A stretch of 64,000 nt of DNA from Candidatus Latescibacterota bacterium (lineage in GTDB: Bacteria > Latescibacterota > UBA2968 > GCA-2709665): assembly GCA_965219995.1 (NCBI GenBank), contig CBDCOX010000002.1, positions 2,528,001 through 2,592,000 on the forward strand, written 5' to 3'. Every line of letters starts with the position of its first letter. Position 1 is the stretch's first letter. The notes beneath the pieces were generated by a model that was not told the origin of the DNA, searched no databases, and saw only the letters and a program-made list of their open reading frames with translations. The translations under genes and the position numbers were made by a program. Shown one piece after another: positions 60,609 to 64,000 of the stretch.

Positions 60609-60716
60609 GGGTGGCTCCTTTTTTGGTTTTGGGACCGAATCGAGAGGTCCCGCCGGCTATTTCAGTTTGACGTTGGGATCGTCGTCATACGCGGAATCTA
60701 TTTGAACCAGCCGCCC

Positions 60717-61457
60717 TTACTCCACCGCGAACAGCCGGTTGCGCGCCGGGAGGCTGACGATCTTCGAATAGTGATGTACTCCCAGATCGGGATTATCGGG
60801 ATCCACGGGGGTGGGCGCCTCAATGACGAAATCGGCGAAGTGCGGCGCGTTGAAGGCCACGTAGGCCAGCGACAGGCAGTCGACGAGCCGTTCGCGCCGC
60901 TTCAAGAGGTCCGGAAAGGCGATCGGACCGGTATCCACCTGATAGAGATCGCCTTCGCGGCGGGTGTTCATGGTCTTCACCGGACATTCGATGACGGCCC
61001 TGAGCCCGGTGTCCTCGTTGTGGATTTCGGTCTGCGAGACCAGCGGCGCGAAGCGGTACGTTTCCTCGCGGATGGCCGCGTTCGACGGCAATTCTAGAAT
61101 CCTGTCGCCCTCGACCAGGTGAAGGTCGTAGCCGCCGAACATCTCCTCATACGGCCGCGTTTCCCGGTACCGGTCACTCAGGCGGGCGTGACGGCGGAAG
61201 ATGAGTCCGTAACGTGCGCTGAAGATCGGAAGGTAATCGTAGTTGTCCTGCTGAAAGAGGTCATTCTCGCGAAACGTGTTCTCGCTCTTGCACGAGCCGG
61301 TCTGGTAGAAATCCTCGCTGTTCCCCCCGGTCTCGTCGATGACGCGTGTTCGCGACTCGATCCAGAAGCGAACCTCGTTGCTGGACCCCTTCCCGATCAG
61401 AAACGAACGTCCGTAGTCCAGCGGGGTCATTTCGATTCCAGCCTCGCGAGTCCCCAT
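60717..61457 (-). CDS. Hypothetical protein
   Basis: RBS GGAG, coupled to the SulP stop; LDYGRSF, GSCKSE, IECPVKTMN. Confidence 0.7.
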   Translation of the reverse strand: MGTREAGIEMTPLDYGRSFLIGKGSSNEVRFWIESRTRVIDETGGNSEDFYQTGSCKSENTFRENDLFQQDNYDYLPIFSARYGLIFRRHARLSDRYRETRPYEEMFGGYDLHLVEGDRILELPSNAAIREETYRFAPLVSQTEIHNEDTGLRAVIECPVKTMNTRREGDLYQVDTGPIAFPDLLKRRERLVDCLSLAYVAFNAPHFADFVIEAPTPVDPDNPDLGVHHYSKIVSLPARNRLFAVE

Positions 61458-61458
61458 G

Positions 61459-63657
61459 TTATCGCTCCGTTCCCGGTTCGACACGGAGACGCCCGGCGAG
61501 AAGATATCGATACAGCTTGAGGGTAAGCTCCTGCTCCCTCTCCTCCAGCCCTTCAAGATCAACCGGCGTCAGCACCAGGGTTCGGCAGGGTTCGTCCGCG
61601 ACAATCAGGGCTGCAGTCTGCTCGGGCGCGCCCGCCGGCCAGATCGAGTCTCCCGGGCCGAGTTGAAAAAGGCGGGCGCCCGCGGAATCGTAACCGGAAG
61701 CCCTGCCGGAGAGCAGCAGCTGCAGACCGGCTTTCGGCACCTCCCGTCCTGCAAGTAACTCGCCGGCGGAGTACTGACGAGGGCTCAACCACCTCTGCAG
61801 TTCCTCCGTAAGGCGTTCGAAATCGATCTGACGCGCCAGGTAGCGTTCAAGGTCTTCCGCGGTGTGTTCCAGCAACGACGCGCGACGCTCGTCTGCCCCC
61901 TCTTTTTCCTCCTTCCAGGCCGACAGGAGGATCTCCTCGCCGCGCTCAAGGGCGCGGTCCGCATCCGGCTCAACCTGAAGCCCGGCAAATGCGGCGGGCG
62001 GAAGGTTGTGCTCGAGCCCGGTCTGCAAACCCACGGATAATCCGCTGAGAACGACCCGTACTCCGGCCGCGTTCGCCGCCTGCAGAAACCTGCTCAGGAC
62101 GTTTACCGCCGAGTAATCGTAACCCGAAACGGCGCTGAAGTCCAGGATCAGACATACGGGTCGCGAATCTCCTTTCAGGGACTTCCTGAGATGGTCCACG
62201 AGAGGGCACACGCTCCCAAAAAAGATGTAGCCCCGCAGCCGGTAGGCCTGCGCCCGCTCCCCTTCTTCCATCAGTATGGCGCGATCGGGGACAGGACGGA
62301 CCCTGATACTCCTCCGTTCGCGTGCGGTGAACTGCGATTCGATCGGGTCGACGCGGCTGAGGCGTACGGCGAAGAACACCAGTGTGGCGAGCAACCCGAC
62401 GCCCACGCCCTCGATCATTCCGAAAGTCGTGATCACAACGAAGATCAGGAGAATGATGCCGTATTCAGACCAGGGGAGCCGCCTGCGGCTTGCCACGAGA
62501 CCCTGGTCCAGCAAGCCCACGCCTGCAAAGACCAGGATTCCGCCGACGAGCGGCGCAGGAACCAGTTCCAGCATCCCGTCACCAAGAAACAACGCCCCCC
62601 CGATCACCAGCGCGGCGACCACTCCGGTCAACCTTGTTGTGGCCCCGAGCAACTTGCTGCGCAGGGAGGCCGGCACGACAAGCGTCGCCACCGTGCCGCC
62701 GCCGAGACCTGCGGCCATTGTCGCGACGCCCGTCACCCGGAACTCCCTGTCCCAGTCCAGCTCCTGACTCACTGCCAGCTCCAGCCCGGCGAAGTTCATC
62801 ACCACGGCAATAAAGGCAACCAGCATCAGCGTCAGCATGTGTGGTGCCTGTCTGACCATGGAGGACCATTGCACATTTTCCAGGTCGGCCGGATACACGG
62901 CCGGCCACAGGTTCCCGTCAGTCGTCCTGCTGAGCAGCAGGCCCTCCGCACGCGCGGTCTCGCCCGCAATGCCGAGGCTGGCGAGCGCGAAATGGTACGC
63001 GACGACGGCAAACGCGACGCTCACCGGCAGGATCAGCGGGTTCGCCCAGCGCTTCATCGCGAAATAAAGCGCGACCCCGTACACCGCACCCGGGCTCCAT
63101 TTCCAGAACGCGGATGGGTCGAAGAGCGCGGGAATCGCGTGCCACTCCGGTTTGGATCCCATCAGCGACATCGCGGCGAGGCACACGGCCCCACCGATTC
63201 CGGCCACGAATCCACCCGCCACCGGATAGGGGATAAAGCGCATCAGGTTTGCCAGCCGGAAACGTCCGATGATGAGACAGCCCGCACCGGTTACCACCGC
63301 GGTCAGGATGAGCGCGACCGTCGTTGTGACGAAAAGCGCGTGGCCCTCGGCATCCATCGTGGATCCCACCGAAGCCATCACGACGACCAGTACTGGAGAC
63401 AATCCCGCAATGGCTCCGCGGTACCCGCCACCGAGAGCGATAACAAGACACGCCGCGAAATTCCCGAAGAGCACCAGCCCGATTCCCTGCGAGGAATGGG
63501 CCGCAAGAGGACCCGAGAAGATAAAGCTCGCGAAGGCGACCTGGGCGACCAGCAACCCCAGACCCGCCGTGAATCCGGCCGTCAGTGCCGGAACCGCCTT
63601 CGCGGACCGCAGGTCGGCGCAAAGCTCGAACAAGAGATTTCTGAGAAAGGAGCTCAT
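61459..63657 (-). CDS. SulP family anion transporter with STAS and cNMP-binding domains
   Basis: LMRFIPYPVAGGFVAGIG, RLRGYIFFGS, ILDFSAVSGYDYSA, C-terminal cNMP-like domain. Confidence 0.88.
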   Translation of the reverse strand: MSSFLRNLLFELCADLRSAKAVPALTAGFTAGLGLLVAQVAFASFIFSGPLAAHSSQGIGLVLFGNFAACLVIALGGGYRGAIAGLSPVLVVVMASVGSTMDAEGHALFVTTTVALILTAVVTGAGCLIIGRFRLANLMRFIPYPVAGGFVAGIGGAVCLAAMSLMGSKPEWHAIPALFDPSAFWKWSPGAVYGVALYFAMKRWANPLILPVSVAFAVVAYHFALASLGIAGETARAEGLLLSRTTDGNLWPAVYPADLENVQWSSMVRQAPHMLTLMLVAFIAVVMNFAGLELAVSQELDWDREFRVTGVATMAAGLGGGTVATLVVPASLRSKLLGATTRLTGVVAALVIGGALFLGDGMLELVPAPLVGGILVFAGVGLLDQGLVASRRRLPWSEYGIILLIFVVITTFGMIEGVGVGLLATLVFFAVRLSRVDPIESQFTARERRSIRVRPVPDRAILMEEGERAQAYRLRGYIFFGSVCPLVDHLRKSLKGDSRPVCLILDFSAVSGYDYSAVNVLSRFLQAANAAGVRVVLSGLSVGLQTGLEHNLPPAAFAGLQVEPDADRALERGEEILLSAWKEEKEGADERRASLLEHTAEDLERYLARQIDFERLTEELQRWLSPRQYSAGELLAGREVPKAGLQLLLSGRASGYDSAGARLFQLGPGDSIWPAGAPEQTAALIVADEPCRTLVLTPVDLEGLEEREQELTLKLYRYLLAGRLRVEPGTER

Positions 63658-63884
63658 CGTCAATCTTCCAGCGGCAGCCTTATCGCCTCGCCGGTCTGCG
63701 ACGATCGGTAAGCGGCTGTGATATAGCGGGGTCTGGGTCGCGCGAAGGTAGAACGGGAACGGCAGGCGTATCGTACCGCGAAGACCTGCCAGACGCAGTA
63801 CAATATTCAAATTGAACTTGAATTTTGTACCGATTCTCCTTACCTTGTCCGTAAGGAGCGCCCACTCAGAAAAGGAGCGGAACC

Positions 63885-64000
63885 GTGTTCAGCCGACAAC
63901 TCGCCAACGAGTTGGCCGCGACGGCAAGAGAATTCCCCGTGGTTACAATCATCGGACCTCGGCAGGCGGGAAAAACCACGTTGGCGCGAATGCAATTCCC
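63885..64000 (+). CDS. Second AAA (DUF4143-type) ATPase, N-terminal fragment at the window edge
   Basis: RBS AAGGAG; GTG start; MFSRQLANELAATAREFPVVTIIGPRQAGKTTLARMQF. Confidence 0.8.
   Translation, partial: MFSRQLANELAATAREFPVVTIIGPRQAGKTTLARMQF

Overview
GC-rich bacterial chromosomal segment. The gene mix (GWxTD protein, phytanoyl-CoA dioxygenase, heparinase II/III-like protein, sugar isomerases) suggests a Latescibacterota/Gemmatimonadota-like organism, which is inference only. Left to right: an XamI-family type II restriction-modification pair (the MTase runs off the left edge and is absent from the ORF track); meaB plus a B12-binding domain; sugar, repair and ABC genes; an ~11 kb accessory/defence-like island (11.0-22.1 kb) ending at tRNA-Leu(CAA), holding an AAA-DUF4143 ATPase, three HEPN-like genes, a pentapeptide-repeat-FRG fusion and decayed IS21/IS630 elements; a retropepsin gene pair; an nfeD-nfeD'-floA operon; tRNA-Met; a catabolic cluster; a DUF4160/DUF2442 pair; an S9 peptidase; an argR-C-B-D-G-H operon with an ARG box; miscellaneous enzymes; a GWxTD protein; and SulP-STAS-cNMP. 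The best novelty candidates are (i) the divergent pentapeptide-FRG / HEPN-like pair, (ii) a dispersed MITE-like element family with inverted heptamer-repeat arms (10.7 kb and 29.8 kb), (iii) a ~65-nt ECF-sigma-promoter sRNA candidate with an anti-SD motif, and (iv) a degenerate primase-like gene coupled to argH. No CRISPR array or rRNA was seen. All family calls are by-eye motif recognition, not database searches.
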